Source of the DNA: Rhodocyclaceae bacterium
GTDB taxonomy: Bacteria > Pseudomonadota > Gammaproteobacteria > Burkholderiales > Rhodocyclaceae
Reading direction: 5' to 3'
Length of the DNA: 52,765 bases
NCBI GenBank assembly: GCA_003158255.1
Contig: PMIH01000030.1
Coordinates: 34,728-87,492 of the forward strand
Shown here: piece after piece, positions 30,751 through 41,620 of the stretch
Layout: each line of letters begins with the position of its first letter
How positions within the stretch are numbered: the first letter of the stretch is position 1
Notes under the pieces: model-generated
Told to the model about the DNA's origin: nothing
Database searches by the model: none
The model's input: the letters and a program-made list of their open reading frames with translations, nothing else
Position numbers and translations under genes: made by a program

Positions 30751-31625
30751 GTAGCCAAACAGTTCGCATCTATTTCCTGTTCTTCCTCCTGGCGCTCGCC
30801 ACCTTCGTCGCCATGGCGGCCGAGCGTCCGAACAAGCTGGTCGTCGGTCTGCTGCCCGGCGAGTCCGCACCCACCGTGATGCGCCTCAACGAACCGTTGC
30901 GCGCCTATCTCGAAAAGCGCCTGGGGCTGCCCGTCGAACTCGTGGTCGGCGCCAACTATGCCGCCACCGGCGAAGCATTGCGCTTCGGCCACCTCGACAT
31001 TGCCTACCTCGGCCCGGTCACCTACATCCTGCAAAGCAAGCACGCCAAGCTGGAACCGTTCGCCAGGCCTTCGCACGACATCGTCGGCCCGACCTTCCAG
31101 GCCGTGGTCATCGTGCCTGCGGACAGCCCCGCGAAGACGCTCGCCGACCTGAAGGGCAAGGAAGTCGCTTATGGCGATCCCGCTTCCACCTCCGGCACCT
31201 GGGTGCCGCGCTACATGCTGGTCGAAGCCGGTCTGGTGTCCGGACGCGACTACACGCTGCGCGTGCTCGGCGCCCACGACGCCGTCGCGCTGGCCGTGGC
31301 CAACCACAAGGTCGCCGCCGGCGGTCTTTCCATGCCGATCTACAACCGCCTGCTCAAGGAAGGCAAGATCGACGCCAAGGCCGTGCGCATCCTCGCCGAG
31401 TCGCCGGCCATTCCCGAATACATGTGGACCTTCCGCCAGGGGATCGACCCGGCCTTCAAGGAAGAGATCCGCAAGGCCTTCATCACCGTCAACGATTCCG
31501 AGGCGCTTAAGGTCTTCCGCGCCGAGGCCTTCATTCCTTGCGTCGATTCCGATGTTGATCGCGTGCGCGGCTGGATCGGCGCCATTACCAAGGATCGGCC
31601 GGACTCGGTCGAGATCGTGAAATGA
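30747..31625 (+). CDS. PhnD-family periplasmic solute-binding protein (exported paralogue)
   Basis: ATG at 30747 with an ATGA overlap on the ATPase gene. MSSQTVRIYFLFFLLALATFVAMAAE is a signal peptide. The body contains LLPGES...LDIAYLGPVTY...TSGTWVPRYML, typical of phosphonate/oxyanion binders. Confidence 0.8.
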   Translation: MSSQTVRIYFLFFLLALATFVAMAAERPNKLVVGLLPGESAPTVMRLNEPLRAYLEKRLGLPVELVVGANYAATGEALRFGHLDIAYLGPVTYILQSKHAKLEPFARPSHDIVGPTFQAVVIVPADSPAKTLADLKGKEVAYGDPASTSGTWVPRYMLVEAGLVSGRDYTLRVLGAHDAVALAVANHKVAAGGLSMPIYNRLLKEGKIDAKAVRILAESPAIPEYMWTFRQGIDPAFKEEIRKAFITVNDSEALKVFRAEAFIPCVDSDVDRVRGWIGAITKDRPDSVEIVK

Positions 31626-32455
31626 GCGCCGCACTAGCTGCCAACCACCAGGCCGAACTGGCCGCCGTCCTCGACGAGGGCGAGCGCCGCGCCTGGCGGC
31701 GCGCCCTCGTGCTGATCATTTCCGCGATTGTCGTCGGCACCGCTTTTGTCTACGGCGGCGTGCTTGATACGCAGCGCTATGCCGATGCGCTGCCGACGAT
31801 CCTGACGCTATTGGGCGACTCGCTGCCCCCCGACTTCTCCCGCTGGCAAAGCTGGGGCGTGCCGCTACTCGACACGCTGACCATGAGCACTGTCGGCACG
31901 GTGCTGGGCGCGCTCCTCGCTTTGCCCTTGGGCGCCCTGGCGGCGCGAGGCGTCGGCCCGGCTTCGATACGCACACCGGTGCTCATGTTGCTGAACACTC
32001 TGCGGTCGATTCCGGGACTCGTCTGGGGCATCCTGTTTGTCGCCGCCGTCGGTTTCGGCCCGCTGCCTGGCATCCTCGCCCTCGCCTGCCATTCGACGGG
32101 CATGCTGGGGAAGTTCTGCGCGGAGATTCTTGAACACGTCGATCCAGCACCGGGTGCCGCGCTGCGCAGCCAAGGCGTTTCCGCCATCGGCGTACTTCGT
32201 TTCAGCGTCTGGCCGCAGATCCTGCCGCGACTGCTCGATGTCACGCTCTATCGCTGGGAACACAACGTTCGCGCCGCCACCACGCTGGGCGTGATCGGCG
32301 CCGGCGGCCTGGGCCTGGAGCTCGTTACGGCATTCCATCTCTTCGAGTACCGCGAGGCACTGGCGCTGATCCTGGTCGTGCTGGCGCTGGTCACCATCAT
32401 CAACCTCGCCGGAGCCAAGCTGCGCGCCCGCTTGCTCGGCACATTCAACACTTGA
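31622..32455 (+). CDS. PhnE-type ABC permease
   Basis: 277-aa hydrophobic ORF with an ATGA overlap on the binding-protein gene. The PhnE-like EAA region is LRSIPGLVWGILFVAAVGFGPLPG. Confidence 0.8.
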   Translation: MSAALAANHQAELAAVLDEGERRAWRRALVLIISAIVVGTAFVYGGVLDTQRYADALPTILTLLGDSLPPDFSRWQSWGVPLLDTLTMSTVGTVLGALLALPLGALAARGVGPASIRTPVLMLLNTLRSIPGLVWGILFVAAVGFGPLPGILALACHSTGMLGKFCAEILEHVDPAPGAALRSQGVSAIGVLRFSVWPQILPRLLDVTLYRWEHNVRAATTLGVIGAGGLGLELVTAFHLFEYREALALILVVLALVTIINLAGAKLRARLLGTFNT

Positions 32456-32466
32456 GGAAACGTGCC

Positions 32467-32664
32467 ATGTCTGTCGAGTCCGCAGTTGCCTACATCAAGC
32501 ACATGCGTAGCGACGAAACCTTTCGCCGCGCCGTCAATGACTGTGACGACGAGGCCCGCAACTGGGCCTTCCTGAAGGAAAACGGCTACGAATTCACGCG
32601 AGAGGAATTCCTGCAGGCGAAGGACGCGATCTACGAAGAATACGGCATCACGCCGCAGTTCTGA
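32467..32664 (+). CDS. Nif11-domain small protein
   Basis: ATG at 32467, preceded by GAGGAA; 65 aa. The pattern VAYIKHMRSDETFRRAV...ENGYEFTREEF resembles the Nif11 N-terminal domain. It is the last gene of the vnfD-led string. Confidence 0.55.
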   Translation: MSVESAVAYIKHMRSDETFRRAVNDCDDEARNWAFLKENGYEFTREEFLQAKDAIYEEYGITPQF

Positions 32665-32688
32665 TCGCGCCCGTCCCAAAGGTGCAAC

Positions 32689-33117
32689 TTACGCCGGCAC
32701 GCCCAGGAGGACGTTGCTGGCCTTGAACATGGCCGTGGCTTCGGCACCGACCTTCAGGCCCAGTTCATCGACGGCGTCGTTGGTCACAACTGCGCCCAGC
32801 GAACTGCCGCCAGAAAGGGTCAGCGTTACCTGGGAATTCACCGGCCCGCGATTGATCTTGACCACCTTGCCTTGAAGCTGGTTGCGGGCGGAGAAGCGGT
32901 ATTCCGCCTTGCCCGTCATCAGCACCACCCAAGGCGCCTTGATGATCGCAACGGCTTCCTTCCCGGTCGCAATGCCGAGGGACTTGATGCTGGTGTCGGT
33001 GACCATCGCCACGATCTTGTCGCCGCTCGCCGTCGTGATTTCCACTTCGGCGTTGATGGGGCCTTCATGCAGGGCCGAGACTTTGCCGCGAAAGACGTTG
33101 CGGGCGCTGATTGCCAT
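32689..33117 (-). CDS. mop: di-Mop (TOBE) molybdate-binding protein (molbindin/ModG-like)
   Basis: 142 aa with two tandem Mop repeats, each starting SARN (ISARNVFRGKV..., FSARNQLQGKV...). Confidence 0.8.
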   Translation of the reverse strand: MAISARNVFRGKVSALHEGPINAEVEITTASGDKIVAMVTDTSIKSLGIATGKEAVAIIKAPWVVLMTGKAEYRFSARNQLQGKVVKINRGPVNSQVTLTLSGGSSLGAVVTNDAVDELGLKVGAEATAMFKASNVLLGVPA

Positions 33118-33144
33118 GGTATTGCTCCTTCTTGTTGGTTGATT

Positions 33145-33169
33145 TCGCTATATTTGTTGCACTATATCG
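33145..33169. promoter_or_regulatory. Mo-box-like element (candidate ModE operator) in the mop/modE divergent region
   Basis: TCGCTATA-N10-TATATCG, 28 nt upstream of the mop ATG. It overlaps a perfect 7-bp inverted repeat, GTTGCAC-N7-GTGCAAC (33156-33176). Confidence 0.5.
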
Positions 33170-33307
33170 GTGCAACGTAGCCCCATTCTGGGGAATACCG
33201 TTCCGCACTTGCAACAACAACGATCCGGAAACTGCCAAATTACGGCCTACGAACAGGACCGTTATCCCAGCATAGAATAGCGGTTCAGTTCTTGCTAGAG
33301 GATCACC

Positions 33308-34132
33308 ATGCCCACCAAGCGCCCCCCTCAACTCCAAGGCAAGCTCACCGTCGATACGGCCATGGGTGCCTTCCTTGGCGACACGCGCATCAAGCTGCTC
33401 GAAGCGATCGCCGAGCATGGTTCGATTTCGCAGGCAGCCAAGGCCGTGCCGCTCTCCTACAAGGCGGCCTGGGATGCCATCGACGCGATGAACAACCTGG
33501 CGCCCGAACCACTGGTGGTCCGCACCACGGGCGGCAAGCACGGCGGCGGCACCGAGCTCACCCAGTACGGCCACCGCCTGATCGGCTTCTATCGCGCACT
33601 CGAACAGGAGTACCAAGATGCCGTCACCCGATTGTCCGAGCGCATGGACGAAGTAGCCGGGAGCGATGTGGTGGATTTCCGCCGGTTCCTCAGGAGAATG
33701 TCCATGAAGTCCAGTGCCCGCAACCAGTTCGCCGGCCCGATTATCGAAATCAAGCAAAGCGTGGTCGATTGTGAGGTTCGCATCCAACTGGATGACAACC
33801 TGGACCTGACCGCCATCATCACGCGCGAATCGGCCGAGAATCTGGGGCTCAAGATCGGCCGGGAAGTCACCGCATTCGTGAAATCGTCGTCCATTCTGCT
33901 CATGCTCGATGCCAACGCACGCACCTCCGCCCGCAACCGCTATTGCGGCAAGGTGAGCAACATCCACGAGGGGCCGGTCAATACCGAGGTTTCGATCACG
34001 CTCCCCGGTGGCCGACACATCGTCACCGCAGTCATCACCCACGAGAGCCTGGAGAAACTGGAACTGAAAGTCGGCAGCACGGCCTGTGCCGTCTTCAAGG
34101 CTTCCAGCGTCTTCCTGGCCGTCATCGAATAA
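33308..34132 (+). CDS. modE: molybdate-responsive transcriptional regulator ModE
   Basis: 274 aa. The N-terminal HTH is GSISQAAKAVPLSYKAAWDAIDAMNN, followed by two C-terminal Mop domains (SARNQFAG..., SARNRYCG...). Confidence 0.85.
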   Translation: MPTKRPPQLQGKLTVDTAMGAFLGDTRIKLLEAIAEHGSISQAAKAVPLSYKAAWDAIDAMNNLAPEPLVVRTTGGKHGGGTELTQYGHRLIGFYRALEQEYQDAVTRLSERMDEVAGSDVVDFRRFLRRMSMKSSARNQFAGPIIEIKQSVVDCEVRIQLDDNLDLTAIITRESAENLGLKIGREVTAFVKSSSILLMLDANARTSARNRYCGKVSNIHEGPVNTEVSITLPGGRHIVTAVITHESLEKLELKVGSTACAVFKASSVFLAVIE

Positions 34133-34900
<768 letters not shown>

Positions 34901-34914
34901 TCCAGCGCGGGCAT

Positions 34915-34946
34915 GGAAATGACTGCTATCGTTAGCAGCCATTTCC
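34915..34946 (+). terminator. 14-bp hairpin between modA and modD (attenuator/partial terminator candidate)
   Basis: GGAAATGACTGCTA-TCGT-TAGCAGCCATTTCC with one mismatch, followed by TTGTTAACTTTG. It could uncouple binding-protein levels from the downstream genes. Confidence 0.4.
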
Positions 34947-34976
34947 TTGTTAACTTTGCGCCACGAAGATCGCACC

Positions 34977-35807
34977 ATGATGCTCGCCCTCCCCGATCAC
35001 GACCTCTACTGCCTGCTGCGCGATGATGTGCCCAATGGCGACCTGACGACGGAGTCGCTCGCCATCGGCCAATGCGCCGGCCGCATCGAATTCCGCGCCC
35101 GGCAAGCGATGACCGTGGCGTGTACCGAGGAAGCCGTCCGCATGTTTGAACTGGCCGGCGCCTCCGCCGAACTCGTCACGCCGTCCGGCGCCGTTGTGGC
35201 CGCCGGTACCTTGCTCTTGCGCGCCAGTGGGTCCGTTGCCTCGCTGCATGTGGCGTGGAAGGCGACGCAGATCCTGGTCGAATGGGCGAGCGGCATTGCA
35301 ACAGCCACGGCGGCCATCGTCACCGCAGCGGGCAACGTGCCCGTCGCCTGTACGCGCAAGAATGCGCCGGGCACCAAGGCGCTTTCGGCCAAGGCAGTTC
35401 GCGCCGGCGGCGCGACGATGCATCGCCTCGGGCTCTCGGAAACGCTATTGCTTTTTGCCGAGCACCGACTCTTCCTTCGGGAAACGCCCGGCGAAACCAT
35501 CGCCCGGCTGCGGCAGCGGCAACCCGAGAAAAAGATCGTTGTCGAAGTCGGCAGTGTCGCGGAGGCGCGCGTCTGGGCTACCGCCGGCGCCGATGTGCTG
35601 CAATTGGAAAAGTTTTCTCCCGAACAGGTAGCCGAGTGGCGTACCGCCACGACTGACTCTCCCGGCGTTCTGTTAGCTGCCGCCGGCGGCATCAATGCCG
35701 GCAACGCTGCCGCCTACGTACAGGCCGGCGCCGATCTGCTGGTAACCTCCGCTCCATACGCCGCGCCACCGCGCGATGTCCAGGTCGTTTTCGCTCCGAT
35801 GCCATGA
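34977..35807 (+). CDS. modD: ModD protein (quinolinate phosphoribosyltransferase-like)
   Basis: ATG at 34977. LLRDDVPNGDLTTESL ... LQLEKFSPEQV ... AAGGINAGNAAAYVQAGADLLVTSAPY fits the ModD/NadC-like fold. It lies in the mod operon. Confidence 0.7.
   Translation: MMLALPDHDLYCLLRDDVPNGDLTTESLAIGQCAGRIEFRARQAMTVACTEEAVRMFELAGASAELVTPSGAVVAAGTLLLRASGSVASLHVAWKATQILVEWASGIATATAAIVTAAGNVPVACTRKNAPGTKALSAKAVRAGGATMHRLGLSETLLLFAEHRLFLRETPGETIARLRQRQPEKKIVVEVGSVAEARVWATAGADVLQLEKFSPEQVAEWRTATTDSPGVLLAAAGGINAGNAAAYVQAGADLLVTSAPYAAPPRDVQVVFAPMP
35637..35661 (-). repeat. dispersed 25-bp motif copy
   Basis: Motif strand: GAGAGTCAG TCGT GGCGGTACGCCA. It is antisense within modD. Confidence 0.65.
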
Positions 35808-36358
35808 AGAACCGCGAACAACGGATGACCGACCTCCTCGCCCGCCCCGGCGAGGCGGATGCGCTCGCCGATCCGGCGCGACCTGTGTTCGCCAGCATAG
35901 TGGTCGGCCGCTCGCTCGGCGAGGGCGTGCTGCCGCATGCGCTCGGGCTCGGCGAGGAGCGATTCATCGACTTCTGGAAGCGCTACTTTCCCGGCCCGCA
36001 ACTGATCCTGCTCGAAGGCAACCACGAAGACATCCCCGAACTCGACGACATTGAGCACCTGCTGCTCGACTACCGCGCCGGGCTGCGCGATTCCGAAATC
36101 TGGCTGGCGCGCATCGTCGCCTACGGCTGCGCCGGGCGCGATCACCTGTGGCAAGACCTCGGGCTCGCCAACCGCACGGAACTCTCGCTGCTCATGGAAA
36201 CCGGCTTTCCGGCACTCGCCGCGCTCAACACCGGCGACATGAAGTGGAAGAAATTCATCTACCGCCAGTACTGCGCACGCGACGGTATCTATGTCTGCCC
36301 CGCGCCGTCGTGCGGCGTCTGCATCGACTACGCGAAGTGCTTTGCTCCTGAAGAATGA
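35804..36358 (+). CDS. nifQ: NifQ (Mo processing for cofactor synthesis)
   Basis: 184 aa. The C-terminal [15 protein letters not shown] matches the NifQ Cx4Cx2Cx5C motif. ATGA overlaps on both sides (modD stop, modB start). Confidence 0.75.
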   Translation: MKNREQRMTDLLARPGEADALADPARPVFASIVVGRSLGEGVLPHALGLGEERFIDFWKRYFPGPQLILLEGNHEDIPELDDIEHLLLDYRAGLRDSEIWLARIVAYGCAGRDHLWQDLGLANRTELSLLMETGFPALAALNTGDMKWKKFIYRQYCARDGIYVCPAPSCGVCIDYAKCFAPEE

Positions 36359-37029
36359 TTGAGGCCGCCGACCTCACCGCCGTCCGCCTGACCATCGAGT
36401 TGGCGGGGCTGGTGACGATCCTGCTGTTACTCATCGGCACGCCGATCGCGTGGTGGTTGGCGCGCACACCGTCACGTTGGAAGGGGCCGATTGGCGCCGT
36501 CGTCTCGCTGCCGTTGGTGCTGCCGCCGGCCGTGCTCGGCTTCTACCTGCTGGTGCTGATGGGACCGAACGGCCCGCTGGGCGCGCTGACGCAAAGCCTC
36601 GGCCTCGGCCTGCTCCCCTTTACCTTCCCCGGCCTCGTCGTCGCCTCGGTGATCTACTCGATGCCCTTCGTCGTGCAGCCCTTGCAGAACGCCTTCGAGG
36701 CGATTGGCGAGCGCCCGCTGGAAGCCGCGGCAACGCTGCGGGCCTCGCCGCTCGACACCTTCTTCACCGTGGTCATACCGCTGGCCAAGCCGGGCTTCCT
36801 CACCGCGGCCATACTCGGCTTTGCACACACCGTCGGCGAATTCGGCGTGGTGCTGATGATCGGTGGCAACATTCCCGGCAAGACGCAGGTCGTCTCGATG
36901 GCGATCTACAACCACGTCGAAGCGATGGAGTACGGCAACGCGCACCTACTCTCGGGCATCCTGCTGGTCTTCTCCTTCGTCGTGCTGCTGTCGCTCTACA
37001 CACTGAATCGCTCGGGGAAGCAATCGTGA
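36355..37029 (+). CDS. modB: molybdate ABC permease ModB
   Basis: 224 aa. The CysTW-family EAA region is [25 protein letters not shown]. Confidence 0.85.
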   Translation: MIEAADLTAVRLTIELAGLVTILLLLIGTPIAWWLARTPSRWKGPIGAVVSLPLVLPPAVLGFYLLVLMGPNGPLGALTQSLGLGLLPFTFPGLVVASVIYSMPFVVQPLQNAFEAIGERPLEAAATLRASPLDTFFTVVIPLAKPGFLTAAILGFAHTVGEFGVVLMIGGNIPGKTQVVSMAIYNHVEAMEYGNAHLLSGILLVFSFVVLLSLYTLNRSGKQS

Positions 37030-38093
37030 GCATCGAGGCACGCTTCAAGCTCGACTACCCCGGCTTCTCGCTCGACGTCGATCTCGCCATTCCCGGCCAC
37101 GGCGTCACCGCGATCTTCGGTCAATCCGGCTCCGGCAAGACCACGCTCTTGCGCTGCATCGCCGGCCTGGAGCGCGCCAGCGGCTCGCTGAAAATAGAAA
37201 GTCAGTCGTGGCAGGACGCCAATTACTTCATGCCCGTGCACCAGCGGCCGCTCGGCTACGTGTTTCAGGAAGCCAGCCTGTTCCCGCACATGAGCGCGCG
37301 GCGTAATCTCGAATACGGCATGAAGCGCGTCGCCGCGGCGGATCGGCGCGTGGCGATGGATCAGGCCATCGAACTGCTCGGCATCGATCACCTGCTCGAC
37401 CGCCTGCCCGGCCATCTTTCCGGCGGCGAACGGCAGCGCGTCGCCATCGCCCGCGCCCTGCTCACCAGTCCGCGCCTCTTGCTGATGGATGAACCCCTCG
37501 CCGCGCTCGACCTCGCGCGCAAGAACGAGATCCTGCCCTACCTCGAACGACTGCACGACGAACTGGAAATCCCGGTGCTCTACGTGAGCCATGCGCCCGA
37601 CGAAGTGGCGCGGCTCGCTGATCACATCGTCGTCATGGACGCCGGTCGCGCCGTCGCGCAAGGCCCGCTGACCGAAACGCTGGCGCGCATCGACCTGCCG
37701 ATCAAACTCGGCGAAGACACCGGCGTGGTGCTCGACGGCCGCATCGCCGAGCGCGACGAGAACTGGCATCTGGCGCGCGTGGAATTCGACGGCGGCTCGG
37801 TGTGGGTGCGCGACTCCGGCCATGCGCTCGGCCATCACGTGCGCGTGCGCATCCTCGCCCGCGACGTCAGCATCGCGCTGGAACCGCAGCACGACTCCAG
37901 TATCCTCAACACCCTGCCCGCCGAAGTGATCGAGATCGCCGACGACGCGCATCCCGCGCTGGCGCTGGTCAAGCTGCGGGTCGGAAAGTCAGCCGTGGTG
38001 GCACGCCTCACCCACCGCTCGGCCCGCGGCCTCGATCTCAGTCCGGGCGCCAAAGTCTTCGCACAAATCAAAGCCGTCGCACTAATCGGATGA
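37026..38093 (+). CDS. modC: molybdate ABC ATP-binding protein ModC
   Basis: GTG at 37026 (GTGA overlap). Walker A is GQSGSGKTT, the signature is LSGGERQRV, and there is a C-terminal TOBE domain. The ORF-track 5' extension overlaps modB in another frame and is an artefact. Confidence 0.85.
   Translation: MSIEARFKLDYPGFSLDVDLAIPGHGVTAIFGQSGSGKTTLLRCIAGLERASGSLKIESQSWQDANYFMPVHQRPLGYVFQEASLFPHMSARRNLEYGMKRVAAADRRVAMDQAIELLGIDHLLDRLPGHLSGGERQRVAIARALLTSPRLLLMDEPLAALDLARKNEILPYLERLHDELEIPVLYVSHAPDEVARLADHIVVMDAGRAVAQGPLTETLARIDLPIKLGEDTGVVLDGRIAERDENWHLARVEFDGGSVWVRDSGHALGHHVRVRILARDVSIALEPQHDSSILNTLPAEVIEIADDAHPALALVKLRVGKSAVVARLTHRSARGLDLSPGAKVFAQIKAVALIG
37197..37221 (+). repeat. dispersed 25-bp motif copy
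   Basis: GAAAGTCAG TCGT GGCAGGACGCCA. It is in sense orientation in modC, read as E-S-Q-S-W-Q-D-A. Confidence 0.6.
37984..38008 (+). repeat. dispersed 25-bp motif copy
   Basis: GAAAGTCAG CCGT GGTGGCACGCCT. It is in sense orientation in modC but in a different relative frame, read as G-K-S-A-V-V-A-R-L. Confidence 0.7.
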
Positions 38094-38539
38094 ACACGAA
38101 CATAACTTTCGCCACCGAAGCAGACCTGCCCGCCATGGCCGACCTGCTCTATGAACTCTTCGCCTTGGAATCGGACTTCAAGCCTGAGCGAGAGAAGCAA
38201 ATGCGCGGGCTGAAGCTGATCCTCGACACACCTCAGCTCGGCCACCTCTTCGTGCTGCGCGTCGACGGCCGCGTTGTTGGCATGGCGAATGCTTTGATTA
38301 CCGTGAGTACGGCGCAGGGTGCGCCGGTGTTGCTGCTCGAGGACGTCATCGTGAGCCGCGCCGCGCGCGGCGGCGGCCTGGGGCGCCAGCTGGTCGAGCA
38401 CGTCTGCGACTGGGCCAAGGCCCAGGGCATGGCGCGTGTCACGCTACTGGCCGACCAAGATAACGCACCCGCGCTGGCCTTCTACGATCGCCTCGGCTTC
38501 GAAAAGTCAGCCATGGTGGTACGCCGAAGAATGTTGTAA
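38090..38539 (+). CDS. GNAT-family N-acetyltransferase
   Basis: ATG at 38090 (ATGA overlap with modC), 149 aa. The acetyl-CoA motif is RGGGLGRQLV...AKAQG. Confidence 0.7.
   Translation: MNTNITFATEADLPAMADLLYELFALESDFKPEREKQMRGLKLILDTPQLGHLFVLRVDGRVVGMANALITVSTAQGAPVLLLEDVIVSRAARGGGLGRQLVEHVCDWAKAQGMARVTLLADQDNAPALAFYDRLGFEKSAMVVRRRML
38502..38526 (+). repeat. dispersed 25-bp motif copy
   Basis: AAAAGTCAG CCAT GGTGGTACGCCG, at the 3' end of the GNAT gene (E-K-S-A-M-V-V-R-R). The 21 nt at 38506-38526 are identical to 50506-50526. Confidence 0.7.
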
Positions 38540-38565
38540 CGCAGCGCTTTGTCAGGAGTCGCACA

Positions 38566-38835
38566 ATGGATAAATTCGACATGGGCGAGATGGTCTTCGC
38601 GGCCACCGACCTCTTCAACGACGACCTGGCCGAGGACGGCGCCAGCCTGATTCCGGACGTCGAACCGAACGCGCTGCTCGCGGCGACCGGCACGCGCGGT
38701 GTCGTCGTCAACGTCGGCCACGTCGCAGACCAACCGCAGCAGGCCATCTACCTCGTGCGCTTCGAAACCGGCCCCGACAAGTCGCTCGGCGTGCCCATCG
38801 GCTGCATGGCCGAGGAACTCACGAACTCGGCCTGA
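38566..38835 (+). CDS. nifZ: NifZ-domain protein
   Basis: 89 aa. F.MGEMV...NDD...G..G.V..VG......IYLVRF......G....EL follows the NifZ pattern, with an insertion. Confidence 0.55.
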   Translation: MDKFDMGEMVFAATDLFNDDLAEDGASLIPDVEPNALLAATGTRGVVVNVGHVADQPQQAIYLVRFETGPDKSLGVPIGCMAEELTNSA

Positions 38836-38883
38836 TGCGGCATTCTGTGCGATGATTCCGCCCACTCAAACGGCATCGGAATC

Positions 38884-41620
38884 ATGGCGCAGCCGGAACA
38901 ACAAGCACGGGAGGAAATCGACAGGCTGCTGACTTCAGCAGGCTGGCGCGTTTCCGACCTCGCCGACGCGAACATCCACGCTGCACGCGGCGTTGCGCTA
39001 CGCGAGTTCCCGCTCGATTCCGGCTTTGGTTTCGCCGACTATCTCCTCTACATCGACGGCAAAGCCGCCGGGGTCATCGAGGCCAAGAAAGCCGGCACCA
39101 CGCTGATCGGCGTCGAAAGTCAGTCGTCGCGGTACGCCGTTGGATTACCCGCCAGTCTGCCCGCCTGGCGCCGGCCGCTGCCTTTCCTCTACGAATCCAC
39201 CGGCATCGAGACCCACTTCACCAACGGCCTCGACCCCGAGCCGCGCGCCCGTCCGACCTTCGCCTTTCACCGCCCCGAGCTGCTGGCCGACTGGCTGCGC
39301 TACGACCTTTCCGGCACTGCTGGCGGCGTCGCGGAACCGCCGTCCACGTTCCTTTCACGTGTCCGCAGCCTACCGCCCCTGATCGAAGACGGCCTCTGAC
39401 CCGCACAGATCACGGCCGTCAAGAACCTCGAAGCCAGCATCGAAGCCAACAAGCCGCGCGCCCTGATCCAGATGGCCACGGGCAGCGGCAAGACCTTCAC
39501 CGCCATCAGCTTCATCTACCGCCTGATCAAGTTCGCCGGGGCGCGGCGCGTGCTGTTTCTGGTCGATCGCGGCAACCTCGGCCGCCAGACCAAGAAGGAA
39601 TTCGACCAGTACGTCTCGCCCTACAACAACTTCAAGTTCGGCGAGGAATACATCGTCCAGCACCTCACGAGTAACAATCTGGACAAGAGCGCCCGCGTCG
39701 TCATCTGCACCATCCAGCGCATGTACTCCATGCTGCGCGGCAGCGAGCTGCCCGAAGAGGACGACGAGCGCTCCACCGAAGGCAGCGAGGCGTTGTTCAA
39801 AGATGCGCCACCCATCGAGTACAACCCGGCCATCCCCATCGAGAGCTTCGACATCATCGTCACCGACGAAGCCCACCGCTCCATCTACAAGCTCTGGCGC
39901 CAGGTGCTGGAGTACTTCGACGCGCACCTGATCGGCCTCACCGCCACACCCAACAAGCAGACCTTCGGCTTCTTCAACCAGAACCTGGTGATGGAATACG
40001 GCCACGAGCAGGCCGTGGCCGACGGCGTGAACGTCAATTACGATGTCTATCGCATCCGCACCGAAGTCACCGAGGCCGGCGCTACGGTCGAGGCCGGCTA
40101 CTGGGTGCAGATGCTGGACCGTGACACACGCAAAAGGAGCGACTGGCAGCTCGACGAGGATTTCGACTACGACCCCGCCGAGCTCGACCGCAGCGTGCAG
40201 ACGCCCGACCAGATCCGCACCGTCGTGCGCACCATCCGCGACCGCTGGCAGGCCGAGATGTTTCCCCAGCGCACGGAACTGCCGAAGACCCTGGTCTTCG
40301 CCAAGGACGACAACCACGCCGAAGCCATCGTCCAGATCATCCGCGAGGAGTTCGGCCGCGGCAACGAGTTCGCCCAGAAGATCACCTACCGCAGCACCGG
40401 CGACACGCCGGAGAACCTGATCCGCGCCTTCCGCAGCAGCTACTACCCGCGCATCGCCGTCACGGTGGACATGGTCGCCACCGGCACCGACATCAAGCCG
40501 GTCGAGATCGTCGTCTTCCTGCGCTCGGTGAAGAGCCGCAGCTTCTTCGAGCAGATGAAGGGCCGCGGCGTGCGCGTTATCCCCCGCGCCGATCTGCGCG
40601 CCGTCAATCCCGGCGAGCACGTGGTCAAAGACCACTTCGTCATCGTCGATGCTGTCGGCGTCTGCGAGCGCGACAAGACCGACAGCCGGCCCATGGACCA
40701 GAAGAAGGCCGTGCCCTTCGACAAGCTCCTGCAAGCCGTGGCGCTGGGCAACGTCGAACCCGAAGTGCTTTCATCCGTGGCCGCGCGCCTCGCCCGCCTG
40801 GAGCGCGACATCACCGACGCCGACAAGGCCAAGGTCGTCGAAGCCAGTGGCGGCCACGACCTCAAGAGCCTCGCCCGCGGCATCGTCAATGCCCTGCGCG
40901 CAAACGCACCGGATGCCGATGCGCTCCAGCAGGCGCTCATTGCGGCAACTCGGCCGCTCGCCGACCCGGCCCTGCGCAACCTCCTGCTGCAACTGCGGCA
41001 GAAGGCCGACCAGATCATCGACATCGTCACGCAAGACAATCTCATCGAAGCCGGCTTCAGCGCCGCCGCCACCGAACGCGCCAAGAGCCTGGTGCAGACC
41101 TTCGAAGCCTTCATCGCCCAACACAAGGACGAAATCACCGCCCTGCAAATCCTCTACAACCGCCCGGTGAAGGCGCCGCTCCGCTTCGAGGACATCAAGG
41201 CCCTGGCCGACACCCTGCACGCCCCGCCGCACCTGTTCGACGAATCCGCGCTCTGGCAGGCCTACGCGGCGCTGGACAAGAGCAAGGTGAAAAGGGAGTA
41301 GCACCCGGCGTATCCTCACCGACCTCGTCAGCCTCGTGCGCTTCGCCATGCACCAGGAAAACGAACTCGTGCCCTACCCCGAGCGCGTCGCCAGCAACTT
41401 CAAGGCCTGGCTCGCGCAGCAGGGCGGCCACTTCACCCCCGAACAACAACACTGGCTAGAAATGATCCGCGACCACATCGCCGCCAACCTCGGCATCAAC
41501 CTCGACGACTTCGAATACGCGCCCTTCAACAAGGAAGGCGGACTGGGCCGCGTGCATCAGCTTTTCGGCGAGGAACTGCCAAAGGTGATTGAGGTGTTGA
41601 ATCGGGAGTTGGTGGCGTGA
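38884..41620 (+). pseudogene. hsdR: type I restriction enzyme R subunit, disrupted (in-frame TGA plus +1 frameshift)
   Basis: One frame runs from the ATG at 38884 and is broken by a TGA at 39397-39399 (...PPLIEDGL*PAQITAVKNLE...), just before helicase motif I, MATGSGKTFT. The C-terminal EcoEI-R-C-like domain (KGSSTRRILTDLVSLVRFAMHQENELVPYP, 41291-41620) is in the next frame. That shift is consistent with one extra A in the A4 run at 41290-41293. Confidence 0.75.
39115..39139 (+). repeat. dispersed 25-bp motif copy
   Basis: GAAAGTCAG TCGT CGCGGTACGCCG. It is in sense orientation in the hsdR N-terminal region, read as E-S-Q-S-S-R-Y-A. Confidence 0.7.

Noticed and set aside
32467-32664. The Nif11-domain ORF as a Nif11-leader RiPP precursor.
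   Set aside because: There is no Gly-Gly-type cleavage motif followed by a Cys/Ser/Thr-rich core. No adjacent maturase or peptidase-domain ABC exporter is present. It looks like a stand-alone Nif11 domain.
33259-33283. CCGTTATCCCAGCATAGAATAGCGG upstream of modE as a second Mo-box.
   Set aside because: It is an imperfect palindrome (CCGTTAT/ATAGCGG) lacking the TATAT cores shared by the two better sites. It is too weak to call without binding data.
38852-38885. A 9-bp inverted repeat (ATGATTCCG-N16-CGGAATCAT) spanning the hsdR start codon, as a terminator or island boundary.
   Set aside because: The loop is large and there is no U-tract. It could occlude the hsdR start, but hsdR is already a pseudogene, so the evidence for function is insufficient.
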